From: Eledone cirrhosa
Lineage: Eukaryota
Direction of reading: 5' to 3'
DNA: 64,000 nucleotides
NCBI GenBank assembly: GCA_964016885.1
Contig: OZ024762.1
Location: 8,556,001 to 8,620,000, forward strand
Shown: piece after piece, positions 1-11,572 of the stretch
How positions within the stretch are numbered: position 1 is the stretch's first letter
How the letters are laid out: every line of letters starts with the position of its first letter
The notes under the pieces: generated by a model
Told to the model about the DNA's origin: nothing
What the model saw: the letters and a program-made list of their open reading frames with translations, nothing else
Databases searched by the model: none
Made by a program: the position numbers and the translations under genes

Positions 1-285
1 GGCTGGAGAGAAATGAAGCAAGCATGCTCTGTTGGATGTGCAATGTCAATGTGCCTGAATGACCAAGCATAGATGAGTTGAGAGAGAAACTGTGTATAAG
101 AGGGATAAGTTGTAGTGTGCGGGAGAGAAGACTGAGATGGTATGGACGTGTGATGCGCATGTGTGATCGCTGAAGCTCACGGAGGAGATGACAAAGGACC
201 TTGACAAGTGGAGAGATGCTAAATAGGACCTGTCCCACCCTTTCAAGCAGGGAAAAGTGGACGTAAAATGATGATGATGATGATA
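1..285 (+). mobile_element. RTE-clade LINE 3' fragment with (GAT)n tail
   Basis: Translates RLERNEASMLCWMC...LRWYGRVMRM; same family as the copies at 43.5, 46.6, 53.8 and 62.0 kb. Confidence 0.8.
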
Positions 286-848
286 TATTATTTAATTTCA
301 TTTCATTTTGTTTTTTATTTTTATTTATTTATAGTGGCAGATCGGATGAAAAATGGATGTTCTGCATTATGAGTTCTTGAAAAATAACCCAAAGACTTTT
401 TCTACAGTTTATGAAGGCAAAAATATTTCAATTAAAATGAATTTTCCTTTTTTTCTTTTTCTCCCCACCCAACACCTGAACACTAATTATGTTTATTTTA
501 ATGAAAAAAGAAAAAAAGCTGCAATTTTCTTTTTACAGCTCTGCTAAAGCTGAAAGGGGGTCACTGTGTATATAATATAGCTGGATTTGTCATACTTTTC
601 TATTGCATCATATTAATACCCCTTCCCCCTCCTCCTGTTATTACTAATGAGTGGTGATGATGATGATGATGATCAACACCATATCCTTGTTTGTGGTTAT
701 TTGCTACAGAAAAATGTCCACTGTCTTTAAAAAAAACATTTTTACTTTATTTCACTTCACCTTCTCTCCATTTATGAATGGATGGGTTAGAGGAAAAAAT
801 AAAGCCAATTTGATGAATAAATAAAAGATATTGGCATAGGTTAAATAA

Positions 849-892
<44 letters not shown>

Positions 893-1695
893 CTTGTTCT
901 TTTAGGTTTGTGCTGAGAAAATGATGAAATTAACTTAACTCTGCTTATGAAAACAACACAAACTTTGATTTATATGGCTGGTTTGAAATAACATCTGTGT
1001 TTATTGTAGCTAAATTTGTCCAATTTGAATACTAAAACCTTAAAGCCATACCTTGCAGTTCCTTAAATATTAATGGCATAAAATATACATTGATATACTT
1101 ACATATATTAATGTAGTAAAGTAAAATATTTAAAAAATCTCTTGCCATTATTGTTTGTGAAAATTATTTTTTACTGCCAACACTAACCTCTCTTTAACCC
1201 TTAAAATCCCAAACACTCTGACTGATGACTTTTATAACTACCATAACTACTTGGCAATTAATCACCCAACTCCCCAAAGATCTATTAATTATCACATCAA
1301 TAAAGGCAGCAAAAACCTCACAAGAGCCCAATGGAATGAGTTCCACCAAGGAGCAGAATCAATTCAATACCACAGTCACCAATCTAGACAGTCAAAGCTT
1401 GCTGTACATAGATTTAACAACACCACAACCACCAACATAGACACTACAGTACAACATCACCACAACCACCAACATAGACACTACAGTACATACAACACCA
1501 ATACCAAGCTGTTGTTGAAAAACTATTTCAATAACATTTGGCAGGCTCTTTAATTCAAAATCAGGGATCAGTCACTTATTTTGGTAATGGCTTCCTCTTG
1601 ATTTTTAGTTTTTTTGCCCATGGCCCATATGTATGGTGGAGTGCTGAATATTTCTCACATTAATTCATCTACAGATATTATTTTCAACACTCCAT

Positions 1696-1732
<37 letters not shown>

Positions 1733-1789
1733 GTGAGGTTTTTTTTTTACAAAATAAAAAGAAAACGAGATGTCCTACACGAGTGAAAG

Positions 1790-2032
1790 TATAAGGAAAA
1801 AAGATGAAATCGAAAATGCATCTGGAGTCTTTTTTTTTTTAAATATATATTTATTTGGTTCCTTTACCGGTTTCGCAGATCTTCTGCTTTTCAAAAGTAG
1901 AATTGAGATGGAGGGCAAACCCTCCCTTTTGAAAAGCAGAAGATCTGCGAAACCGGTAAAGGAACCAAATAAATATATATTTTAAAAAAAAAGACTCCAG
2001 ATGCATTTTCGATTTCATCTTTTTTCCTTATA
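1790..2032. mobile_element. Fold-back element with degenerate hammerhead fold in both arms
   Basis: Near-perfect ~107-bp inverted arms (1790-1897 / 1926-2032); 1925-1962 reads CCTT-TTGAAAA-GCAGA aga TCTGC-GAAA-CCGG-TA-AAGG. Confidence 0.7.
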
Positions 2033-2113
2033 TATATATATATACTGAAGTAAAAGTTAAGTGGAAATATCCAAGAGTAAGAGCACTCAGTCCATAGGAC
2101 GAGTTTAGTATAA

Positions 2114-2278
2114 ATAATTACGACAGTGATATAAACAGGTACTCAAGTTTCGTTGGCCCCAATTTCTTCAGCTTGTCATGAGAAAAATGAAAAACAAAGA
2201 TCTTTTATTTTTTTTATTTTTGAAGAAATTGGAACCCAACGAAACTTGAGTACCTGTTTATGTCACTGTTGTAATTAT
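2114..2278. mobile_element. Fold-back element with hammerhead-like motif (minus strand 2135-2176)
   Basis: About 56-bp inverted arms; minus strand reads ACAAG-CTGAAGA-aattggggccaac-GAAA-CTTGAG-TA-CCTGT; followed by (TA)n. Confidence 0.6.
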
Positions 2279-3016
2279 ATATATATATATATATATATAT
2301 GGAGAAGGTGGGTGTGGAAAAGCTTTTTGAAAATATGTTTATCCAAGAACTTTTCAGCAGCCCATCATATATTACATCTTACCATTAAAAATTTGTAAAG
2401 GTCTCTGTCCAACAGAGAACCCTTCAATAGTCCTTCATGTTGCCAACTGTTGTTAAGGTCAGAGACCTTTAGACAACCCTTCAACAACCCCAGATGTTAC
2501 CAACTCCTAGTAGAACCCTTATCCCACTTTTCACCATATTCATGGCTGGATAAATAGTTTGAGAACTATTTTTCATTAGTTATTTTGCTCCTAATCAATA
2601 TTTTCACAAACCAATAATTTCTAGTAGCAACCTTCACCCAATCCTAAAATTATATATTTCTCTATTCTCCACATTAAATTATATATTATAAAGTCAAATA
2701 TATTTTTTTATTTCATTTGGCTTTGTAAAATGTTTTTTTTTTTTAATTATTTTTTTTTTCTTTCGGAAATAAATTAATAAAATTTTAAGTTTTTTGTTTT
2801 AAGTTTTTATTTTTTAAGGATAATTTTATTGCAGATTGTCTGTCTTATAGCTTTCTGTTTCCACAGGATGTCTGTCTTTCACGTCAACACAATACCATTT
2901 TTATACTGTCTTTTGAGCATGGCTTCTCTCACAGCAGTGCAACGCTCTTTCCATACTGTCATTTAAGTGTGGAGGAGATAAAGTAAAAATGGTTAGCCAC
3001 CATTAATTTCCATATT

Positions 3017-3425
3017 TAACTCTTTAGCATCTATACCAGCCATATACAGCCAGCATTCTCTAACCTCTTTCTGTTCATACTGGCCATAACTGGCTGCTCA
3101 TACTTGTGTTAAGGTGTTGTTCTCAAAATAAATATCAAAGTCACGTAGCTTCGACATAGTGTGAGATAAAGTGTTTAGTGTGAAAATACAATAGCAAATA
3201 TAGAGTAATGTAAATGGTAAAGGGTTAAACAGGCCATATTCAGCCAGTATTCTTTCACCTCTTTCTGTTCACACCGGCTGTAACTGGTTGCTCATACTGA
3301 TGTTAAGGTATTGTTCTCAAAATGAATAACATCAAAATCTCATAGCTTCAATATTATGCCAGGTAAAGCATTTACTGTGAAAATATAATAGTAAATATAG
3401 AGTAATGTAAATGGTAAAAGTTAAC
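3017..3425. mobile_element. piggyBac-like MITE copies (also 16465-16662, 19058-19555, 26153-26371)
   Basis: Termini ttaa|CCCTTTAGCATTT ... AAATGCTAAAGGG|ttaa (inverted termini flanked by TTAA), with a shared internal sequence. Confidence 0.65.
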
Positions 3426-3449
3426 CCTTCAGAATTTAAAGGCCATATG

Positions 3450-4360
3450 GTCATGTAGGTGTCACAGCAAAAAGCACCCAGTCCTTACTATAAAGTGGTT
3501 GTGTAGACATCATGACAAAAAGCACCCAGTCCACACTATAAAGTGGTTGTGTAGGTGTCATGACAAAAAGCACACACACAGTCCGAACTAAAGTGGTGGT
3601 GTAGGTGTCACGGCAAAAAGCACCCAGCCCACACTGTAAAGTGGTCATGTAGGTGTCACGGCAAAAAGCACACACACAGTCCGAACTAAAGTGGTGGTGT
3701 AGGTGTCACGGCAAAAAGCACCCAGTCCACACTATAAAGTGGTCGCGTAGGTGTCACGGCAAAAAGCACCCAGCCCACACTGTAAAGTGGTCGCGTAGGT
3801 GTCACGGCAAAAAGCACCCAGCCCACACTGTAAAGTGGTCGCGTAGGTGTCACGGCAAAAAGCACCCAGCCCACACTGTAAAGTGGTCGTGTAGACGTCA
3901 TGACAAAAAGCACCCAGCCCACACTGTAAAGTGGTCATGTAGGTGTCACGGCAAAAAGCACCCAGCCCACACTGTAAAGTGGTCATGTAGGTGTCACGGC
4001 AAAAAGCACCCAGCCCACACTGTAAAGTGGTCATGTAGGTGTCACGGCAAAAAGCACCCAGCCCACTGTAAAGTGGTCGTGTAGGTGTCACGGCAAAAAG
4101 CACCCAGCCCACACTGTAAAGTGGTCATGTAGGTGTCACGGCAAAAAGCACCCAGCCCACACTGTAAAGTGGTCATGTAGGTGTCACGGCAAAAAGCACC
4201 CAGCCCACACTGTAAAGTGGTCGCGTAGGTGTCACGGCAAAAAGCACCCAGCCCACACTGTAAAGTGGTCATGTAGGTGTCACGGCAAAAAGCACCCAGC
4301 CCACACTGTAAAGTGGTCATGTAGGTGTCACGGCAAAAAGCACCCAGTACTCACTGTAAA
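3450..4360 (+). repeat. 48-bp minisatellite (about 19 copies) expanded from inside an interspersed repeat
   Basis: Unit AAAGTGGTCATGTAGGTGTCACGGCAAAAAGCACCCAGCCCACACTGT; runs into TAGGAAGGGCATCCAGCTGTAGAAACC and a (GAT)n tail at about 4520. Confidence 0.9.
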
Positions 4361-4719
4361 TGAGGTTGGTGTTAGGAAGGGCATCCAGCTGTAGAAACCA
4401 AGCCAAAATCATTTTTGCTTGCGCAAGGTATGGTCACCTGACCTGGCTTTGCTCGCAACAGGACAACTCGTCTAACCCATGCTAGTGTGGAAAAGTTTAC
4501 GTAAAACCGTGATGATGATGATTAATGGCTCTGCCAGTTTATCACCTTATCAGTAACTCAGTGGAAGTGGTGTGAGACAAGTCAGCCAGTTCTGGGGAGC
4601 AGAGGCCATTGTAGTAACAATGGAAACAACCAAGAAAAGAGACAGCATGTATGTGGTACAAAGGCTGGAGTGTATCTGGATGAATTTATGTCAAGTACTC
4701 TGGATGTACTCTAGAATGT

Positions 4720-5412
4720 TTGTATATGTAGCAACACTGTACCATGTGGGAGCAGTACTATACTGTCATGTAGGATGTGTGTATATGTAGCAACACTGTA
4801 CCATGTGGGAGCAGTACTATACTGTCATGTAGGATGTGTGTATATGTAGCAACACTGTAACATGTGGGAGCAGTACTGTAATGTCATGTAAGATGTGTGT
4901 ATATGTAGCAACACTATACCATGTGGGAGGGGTACTATACTGTCATGTACGATGTGTGTATATGTAGCAACACTACCATGTGGGAGCAGTACTGTACTGC
5001 CATGTAGGATGTCTGTATATGTAGCAACACTATACCATGTGGTAGCAGTACTGTAATATCATGTAGGATGTGTGTATATGTAGCAACACTACCATGTGGG
5101 AGCAGTAATGTCATGTAGAATGTTTGTATATGTAGCAACACTGAACCATGTGGGAGCAGTACTGTAATGTCATGTAGGATGTCTGTATATGTAGCAACAC
5201 TGTACCATGTGGCAGCAGTACTGTAATATGGTCTAGGATGTCTGTATATGTAGTAACAACACTGTCCATGTGGCAGCAGTACTGTAATGTGGTCTAGGAT
5301 GTCTGTATGTGGCAGCAATACTGTCTTGTGGGAGCAGTACTGTAATGAGGCTTGTATATATATATATATATAGCAGCAATACTGTCCCAGGTGTGGGAGC
5401 AATACTGTCCCA
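4720..5412. repeat. About 59-bp minisatellite
   Basis: TATATGTAGCAACACTGTACCATGTGGGAGCAGTACT... recurs at 4723, 4782, 4841 and onward. Confidence 0.9.
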
Positions 5413-5443
5413 GGTTAAACAACAACAAAATAATATATATATA

Positions 5444-5638
5444 CAGGGTGTTTCAAAAAATTTGATATCAATGGCCTGTTACCAAGGTTGTCACATTGAA
5501 TTAATATATTGTGAATTAATGTTATAACGTGGACATGTTATAACTCAACATGGAGCCTGCTTAGTCTCGTTGTTCTAGACCTTGTAGTTTCTGGGATATT
5601 TACATCTCAAATGATATTAAATTTTTTGAAACACACTG
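5444..5638. mobile_element. Tc1/mariner-type MITE
   Basis: TIRs CAGGGTGTTTCAAAAAATTTGATATCA / TGATATTAAATTTTTTGAAACACACTG, flanked by TA on both sides. Confidence 0.75.
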
Positions 5639-6639
5639 TACCCTGTATTATCTACGTGGTGGCTGGACCTGCTAGAAATAGCAGTGATATTTCCCGTCAA
5701 TCACACGCTAACATTTTAGAAATACACAGTTGATGTAGTCTTAGATATCATGGCTATAGCAAAAAGATATACATGATCACAGTTAAAATGTCTTTATTGA
5801 TAGGTCTTCTGGAGCAGGTCCTACCTAGGGCTAAACAACATGACTTTCTTCATTCTTTTTCTTTTAAAAGAAGAGTTATTTGCTTGAAATTTGGCTGTTG
5901 TTTCTAGCAAGTTGAGCGCACATATAGCAGCACCTAGTGACGACTGGAATGGTTTGATCACGTCTCTTGAAAATGGTTGACCTTGGGCTAAATAACAGCA
6001 ATACAACAAGAAGAATATAGCTCTCGTTTGACCTGCTAGAAATAGCAGTCAAATCTTCCTAGCGTCTTAAAAAAAGGACACGTTGAATAAAGTAATCCTA
6101 GTTAAACGGCGGAAACGTCTTTGATCATAAGGTCTGCTCAGTCAGAGTTGACCTGGGGCTAAACAACACCTCTATACGGTCGTTCATCTTGCTAGACATA
6201 GTAGCCCTATCTCCCTCAAAGGCAACATTACCGTCTTTAAATCAAGTATTTCCGATGATAAAATCGACGGAGTGGCCACGATAGGATTGTCATTTGATTA
6301 TAAGTTTTTTTGTCCAGAGTCGACCTAGGGTTAAAAAAAACAACAAATAAATTATCTCTTAAAATACCACGTGCTTTTTATTCAGAATAAATCTTTGGTT
6401 CAGGAGAAGAATGGGGAGGACAGATAGACAATTGAACGGCAATAGAGACAAAAGCAGGCAGCAGCAGCAGCACATATAACTGTCTGTCTCTTTCTGTCTC
6501 CCTCCCTCTCTCTCTCTCTAGTCTTGACAAAAGAAGACAGCAGCAGCAGCTCTTATATAAACGAGTCTTTCTCTTTCCCCCTCTCTCTTTTTCTTTCTCT
6601 CTTACTTTTTATTTCTTTATCTCTCCATTTCCCTCTCCC

Positions 6640-7075
6640 CCTCTCTGTCTAGTCATCTGGCTCACTTCTCCCCCTCTCTCTCTAGTCATCTGGCTCCCTT
6701 CTCCCCCTCTCTCTTTAGTCATCTAGCTCCCTTCTCCCTAGTCATCTCCCCTCTCTCTCTAGTCATCTAGCTCACTTTTCCCCGTCTCTCTTTAGTCATC
6801 TAGCTCACTTCTCCCCCTCTCTCTCTAGTTACCTAGCTCACTTCTCCCCCTCTCTCTCTAGTTACCTAGCTCACTTATCCCCCTCTCTTTACAGATATGT
6901 AGCTCACTTCTCCCCCTCTCTCTCCAGCCATCTAGCTCCCTCTTCCTCCATTCTCTTCAGTTATCTGGCTCCCCCTCTCCAGTCATCTAGCTCCTTTCTC
7001 CCTCCCCTCTCTATCTTCAGTCATTTGTCTCACTCCTCCTTCTACTCTCTCTTTAGTTATCTCTCTCACTCCTCC
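6640..7075. repeat. About 33-bp pyrimidine-rich tandem repeat directly upstream of the transaldolase TSS
   Basis: AGTCATCTAGCTCACTTCTCCCCCTCTCTCTCT repeated about 12 times with variants. Confidence 0.85.
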
Positions 7076-7079
7076 CCTT

Positions 7080-7245
7080 CACACCAAGCACTCTCAGTCA
7101 GTCGCCGCCGAATACGAAGTATATTGGTGTCTCACTTTCTTTCCCTTCTGGAACCATATCCCTGCCGGACGAGATATTACAAACAACCACTAAAGGTTCC
7201 ATCCTTATAAATTAACGGACAAGAAGAACAAAACTAAAAGGAAAG
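7080..7245 (+). promoter_or_regulatory. Likely TSS and 5' UTR of transaldolase
   Basis: Overlapping TCAGTC initiator-like motifs at 7094-7103 and a small CpG cluster about 150 nt upstream of the ATG. Confidence 0.45.
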
Positions 7246-7339
7246 ATGGCTGAGCCTGATGTCAAGAAAACTTCGAAATCTGTCCTCGATCAGTTAAAAG
7301 AAATCACTACTGTAGTGGCAGATACCGGCGACTTCAATG
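7246..7339 (+). CDS. TALDO1: Transaldolase exon 1 (MAEPDVKKTSKSVLDQLKEITTVVADTGDFN)
   Basis: Manual translation gives the transaldolase N-terminal motif LDQLK..TTVVADTGD; ATG at 7246; donor G|GTAAG at 7340, phase 1. Confidence 0.96.
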
Positions 7340-7588
7340 GTAAGACTTCTCTGTGGTTTAGTTAAGGTTACTTTCTAATCTCTCACTCTCTGCTACATTT
7401 TCTTAGAAAAATAAAACCCATATATATATATATATGGGTTTTATTTTTCTAAGAAAATGTATATATATATATATATATATACTATATGTATATACTATAT
7501 ATATACTAAATGTATATATATATATATACTATATATGTATATATAGTATATATAATGTATATATATATATATACTATATATATACTAA

Positions 7589-7622
<34 letters not shown>

Positions 7623-7762
7623 TATACTAAACTCATCATATGTATTGAGTGCTCTTTGTGTGTGTATTTTTACATAAAACACCTCCGCTGTCGAATATCT
7701 GCGTAGTTGCGGAATGTAAAAATATATAACTTAGCTTTTTCTTTTCACCGAAACGAATTGGT

Positions 7763-7921
7763 TGGCACAATGCCAGCAAATACTCCAGTACATTACTGGT
7801 ACTTTATTTTATCGACCCCGTAAGGATGAAAGGCAAAGTTAACCTCGCCTTTCATCCTTACGGGGTCGATAAAATAAAGTACCAGTAATGCAGTGGGGTC
7901 TAATTGCTGGCATTGTGCCAA
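7763..7921. repeat. Palindrome made of two inverted SINE 3' halves
   Basis: TTGGCACAATGCCAGCAA...GGATGAAAGGC is the reverse complement of GCCTTTCATCC...TTGCTGGCATTGTGCCAA; loop about 13 nt. Confidence 0.85.
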
Positions 7922-8035
7922 AAGTTGAAACAGTTATTTTAGATATTTATAACTTAGTTAAATGTTGTTATTGTTTTGTTACGTAATACACATGCTTTTA
8001 AAATGAAATTAATTTTACACACGCATATATGTATA

Positions 8036-8078
<43 letters not shown>

Positions 8079-8442
8079 GTATATATATATATATATATAT
8101 ATAATGTATATATATATATATATATGTATGTATATATATATATATATATGTATGTATATATATATACATTATATTTTTCATTTATATATATATATATATA
8201 TATGTGTGTATGTATGTATGTATGTATGTAAAAGGTAAACAAATAACACAATCGGTACAGTATATGGAAGGAATATATTAGTTTAACGCTTGAAATAGTA
8301 GAAAGAGGGTGTTAAGGTTTCGGACGCTAGAATGTATATATATATATATATAAATAAATAATATGAGTCCCGGGTTCAATCGGGAGTGACCCCAGTAAGG
8401 TACTCAATACATAGTGTATACAACAACATTTAATATAGAAAT

Positions 8443-8574
8443 GGCTTCTACAGAACTAGAACTGTTTCATTCGAAGGAAATCATTAAGAAAGCCCATGAT
8501 GATTCCTTCGATTGAATATATATATACCTACAGCGGTTTCAACAATGAGTTTTCCAATTGTTTGATCAGCGGTA
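8443..8574 (-). ncRNA. Two adjacent degenerate hammerhead motifs (8443-8494 and 8525-8574)
   Basis: GGCTTTC-TTAATGA-stem II-GAAA-CAG...CTG-TA-GAAGCC, and TACC-g-CTGATCA-AACAAT...ATTGTT-GAAA-CCGCTG-TA-GGTA; both cores mutated. Confidence 0.5.
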
Positions 8575-9730
8575 CAGTTTGTTTCACAATTATGCTGTCC
8601 CAGATTCAACCCCACTATGGCACCACACCCCAGAGTCTTTCCTTCTATAATTAAACTAACCAACCTCCACATAAACACTGTGGTCTGTGGAGTATTCAAC
8701 CATTTCCATTTCTACCGAAAAATTGTAACATTGATCGTTGAAACCAACGGAAGATTCGTTTTTTTAATTTTTTTATTACTCTAGTACAAACACACGTGTC
8801 CTGTGGAAGAGGGTTGAGGTTATTGGATGTGATGTTTAGTTGTTGGGGCAGTGGTGTGTGAGTGTGGTAACAAGGACTCTTCGTGGTCCTAATCGTATGA
8901 GAGGTCAAGGGGAAATAGTGGGCTCGGGATTGTCCCCTCCCCCGTTACATCACTAAGTTGGTAGGAATGAGGTACAAAGGGAGTTTAAAAGGAGCCCCCT
9001 CCCTCCGTTCTCAGGTCGCTATTGCTATGGTTGATTTTGTTATTTAGGCCCAGGGTCAAACAAATCCATGACATTCCAATCCGTATTTTTCAGACCGTTT
9101 ATCTCAGATTGCATTATCAAACATGGCCTTCCATCTTTTAAAGTCGGTAGAGTGTGGCTGCTATTTCTAGCTAGTTGAATGACTGTTTCGTAGCCCATTC
9201 ATTGATTTTAAGGGATTATTAAACTTTTCAATAAACGACCTACATTTTGTGTGAAGTAATCAACTGTTTTTTTAAAGTTTGGCTTACGTTGAATAAACTC
9301 TGTGATTACATCTGTACTGTTTACATGAAACAAACCTGTGTATTTATAGCAGGAAAAACAGATGTTAATTGATGTACACACACCTGCATATATACACGTA
9401 TATATTATATCACCCCTTTTATATCTGGCATGGATTGCATGGAACTTCTTGAAGCAGGGTTTTACAACCAGATATCTTTTGTTTACTTATAACATGCAGT
9501 GACCAGTTGTACCTATTTTAAAAACGGACCGAAATCGTGTGTGTATGTATGCATATATATATATATATGTATGTATGTGGGATTGGCTCAGTGCACAGTT
9601 TTTCCTCACTTTAAAAAAAATCGTCACGCACACGTATTGCACGGTAGAATTAATTAATACTTATTAATAATGGTATATCGTGCCATAGCCATACTCGATA
9701 ACGAGAGGGCAGCCATCATATATGTATGTA

Positions 9731-9962
9731 TGTGTTGAACAGTGAAAATAAAACAAAAGACGAAGATAGGTTCTTAAGTAGTTCATTGTTTTACGATCGT
9801 TTCAGAAGGTTGATTGATCATGATAAATCGATATATTGACTAATAGAGAGTGGTTATGGCACCTCCTAATTATTACTAGTATCGATATCCTGCATCCAGC
9901 TCACCGTCTTCTCCAGAACCTATCTTCGCCGTTTGTTTATTTGCATTGTTGAAGAACACACA
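9731..9962. mobile_element. Fold-back element with degenerate hammerhead on minus strand
   Basis: Imperfect ~45-bp inverted arms; minus strand CTGGAGA-AGA...TCT-GAAA-CGATCG-TA-AAAC with palindromic stem III. Confidence 0.45.
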
Positions 9963-10115
9963 TATATAAATGATTTTGTTGCTCGATTAGAATCTACAAT
10001 GGTACCTTATGCGATGGAAGCCTACATAAACGATAGCTCTCATCGCATGATTTATTGGAATCATCTCTTCAAGACTATATGGAGTTCTAACAACGTTATT
10101 GGATAGCAGTGTGTG

Positions 10116-10161
<46 letters not shown>

Positions 10162-10934
10162 AGGTGACCACTCCTTGATTTCAAATACTTGAAATTCCGT
10201 TATAAGGAAATTCACGGGGTATAAAAAAATTCGTTGTAACGGAAAATTCTTTATAAAGAGATCGACGTAACACATCGAGTGTGTGCCCGGGAATTGAAAA
10301 ATACGTTATAACCGGAAATTTACCTGTAATATGAAAACTTAAATGAATATTCTTACAATATTGGTGACTACAGTTGCAGAAACTAACAAAGTTTCATGTG
10401 GTATTGGTTGATATCATAGACACTCGATGTGTGACCCTTTTGTTACTCGGCAAACATCAATAAGATAATCAAGCTTGGTCCAGGAGGAGTGTTTTTGTGG
10501 TCTCCCTGTATATAATCACCGTTTAACGTCTATTTTTCCACGCTTGCATGGGTTAGACGTGTCGTCCACGTTTTGAGATAAGTCTGGCCACACCGTACTT
10601 TGCTCAAACGGAACTTTTATAATTGAATGCCCTTTCTAACACCAACCACGTTTACATATATATATATATATATATATTTATGTGAAAGAAAGAGAGTGAT
10701 AAAACTAGACCGCGACAGCAAGCGGTTTCGGCTTGTATTCAGCAACCCTTGAAAGCTCTAGGCATCGTGGTCGGATTTTTACTTTCCTCTATACCCACTC
10801 TGCTTCTTCCCATGCATAGAGAACTCCCTGATTTGTGGTCTCCCTGGTCTCAGCACCACAGACTCTCTCTCTCTCTCTCTGTATGTGTGTCTAGCTGTCT
10901 GAACGGCCGGAGCTCAGCCGTTGGGGTCCTGATT

Positions 10935-10970
<36 letters not shown>

Positions 10971-11154
10971 TTTCGAATATGCTAGTGAAACCACGGTGTG
11001 GATATAATTATATAGTAGCTGGTTACATCCAGACCAATATACACATACATTATATACTTACTAGCTACCTATAAACATATATACACTCATTGTGTCGTTG
11101 TGTTGAATCAAGTCCAAGAAAAAAAAAAGTTGTACTCTTACGTAGGCATGTGTG

Positions 11155-11185
<31 letters not shown>

Positions 11186-11539
11186 CTGTATGTTTGTCTA
11201 TTTGTGTGTTTATGTACTATGTGTATGTATGTATACATATATGTATGTGTCTATTTGTGTGTATTTAAATTATACCTATATATATATAAATGAAAGTATA
11301 GAAATTATTGTGAGCGTGAAGCCAACAGTATTTCAGTGTGTATTTAAATTATATATATATAATATATAGCTATTTGCGTATGTATGTATATATATGTCTA
11401 TTTGTGTGTATTTAAATTATATATATATATAATATATATCTATTTGTGTATGTATGTATATATATATATATATATGTGTATGTGTCTATTTGTGTATTTA
11501 AATTTTATATATGTATATATATGTCTATTTGTGTGTGTC

Positions 11540-11572
<33 letters not shown>

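Noticed and set aside
3450-5412. Regularly spaced repeats resembling a CRISPR array or repeat proteins
   Set aside because: Units are head-to-tail with no unique spacers, no cas genes, and the context is eukaryotic; these are minisatellites.
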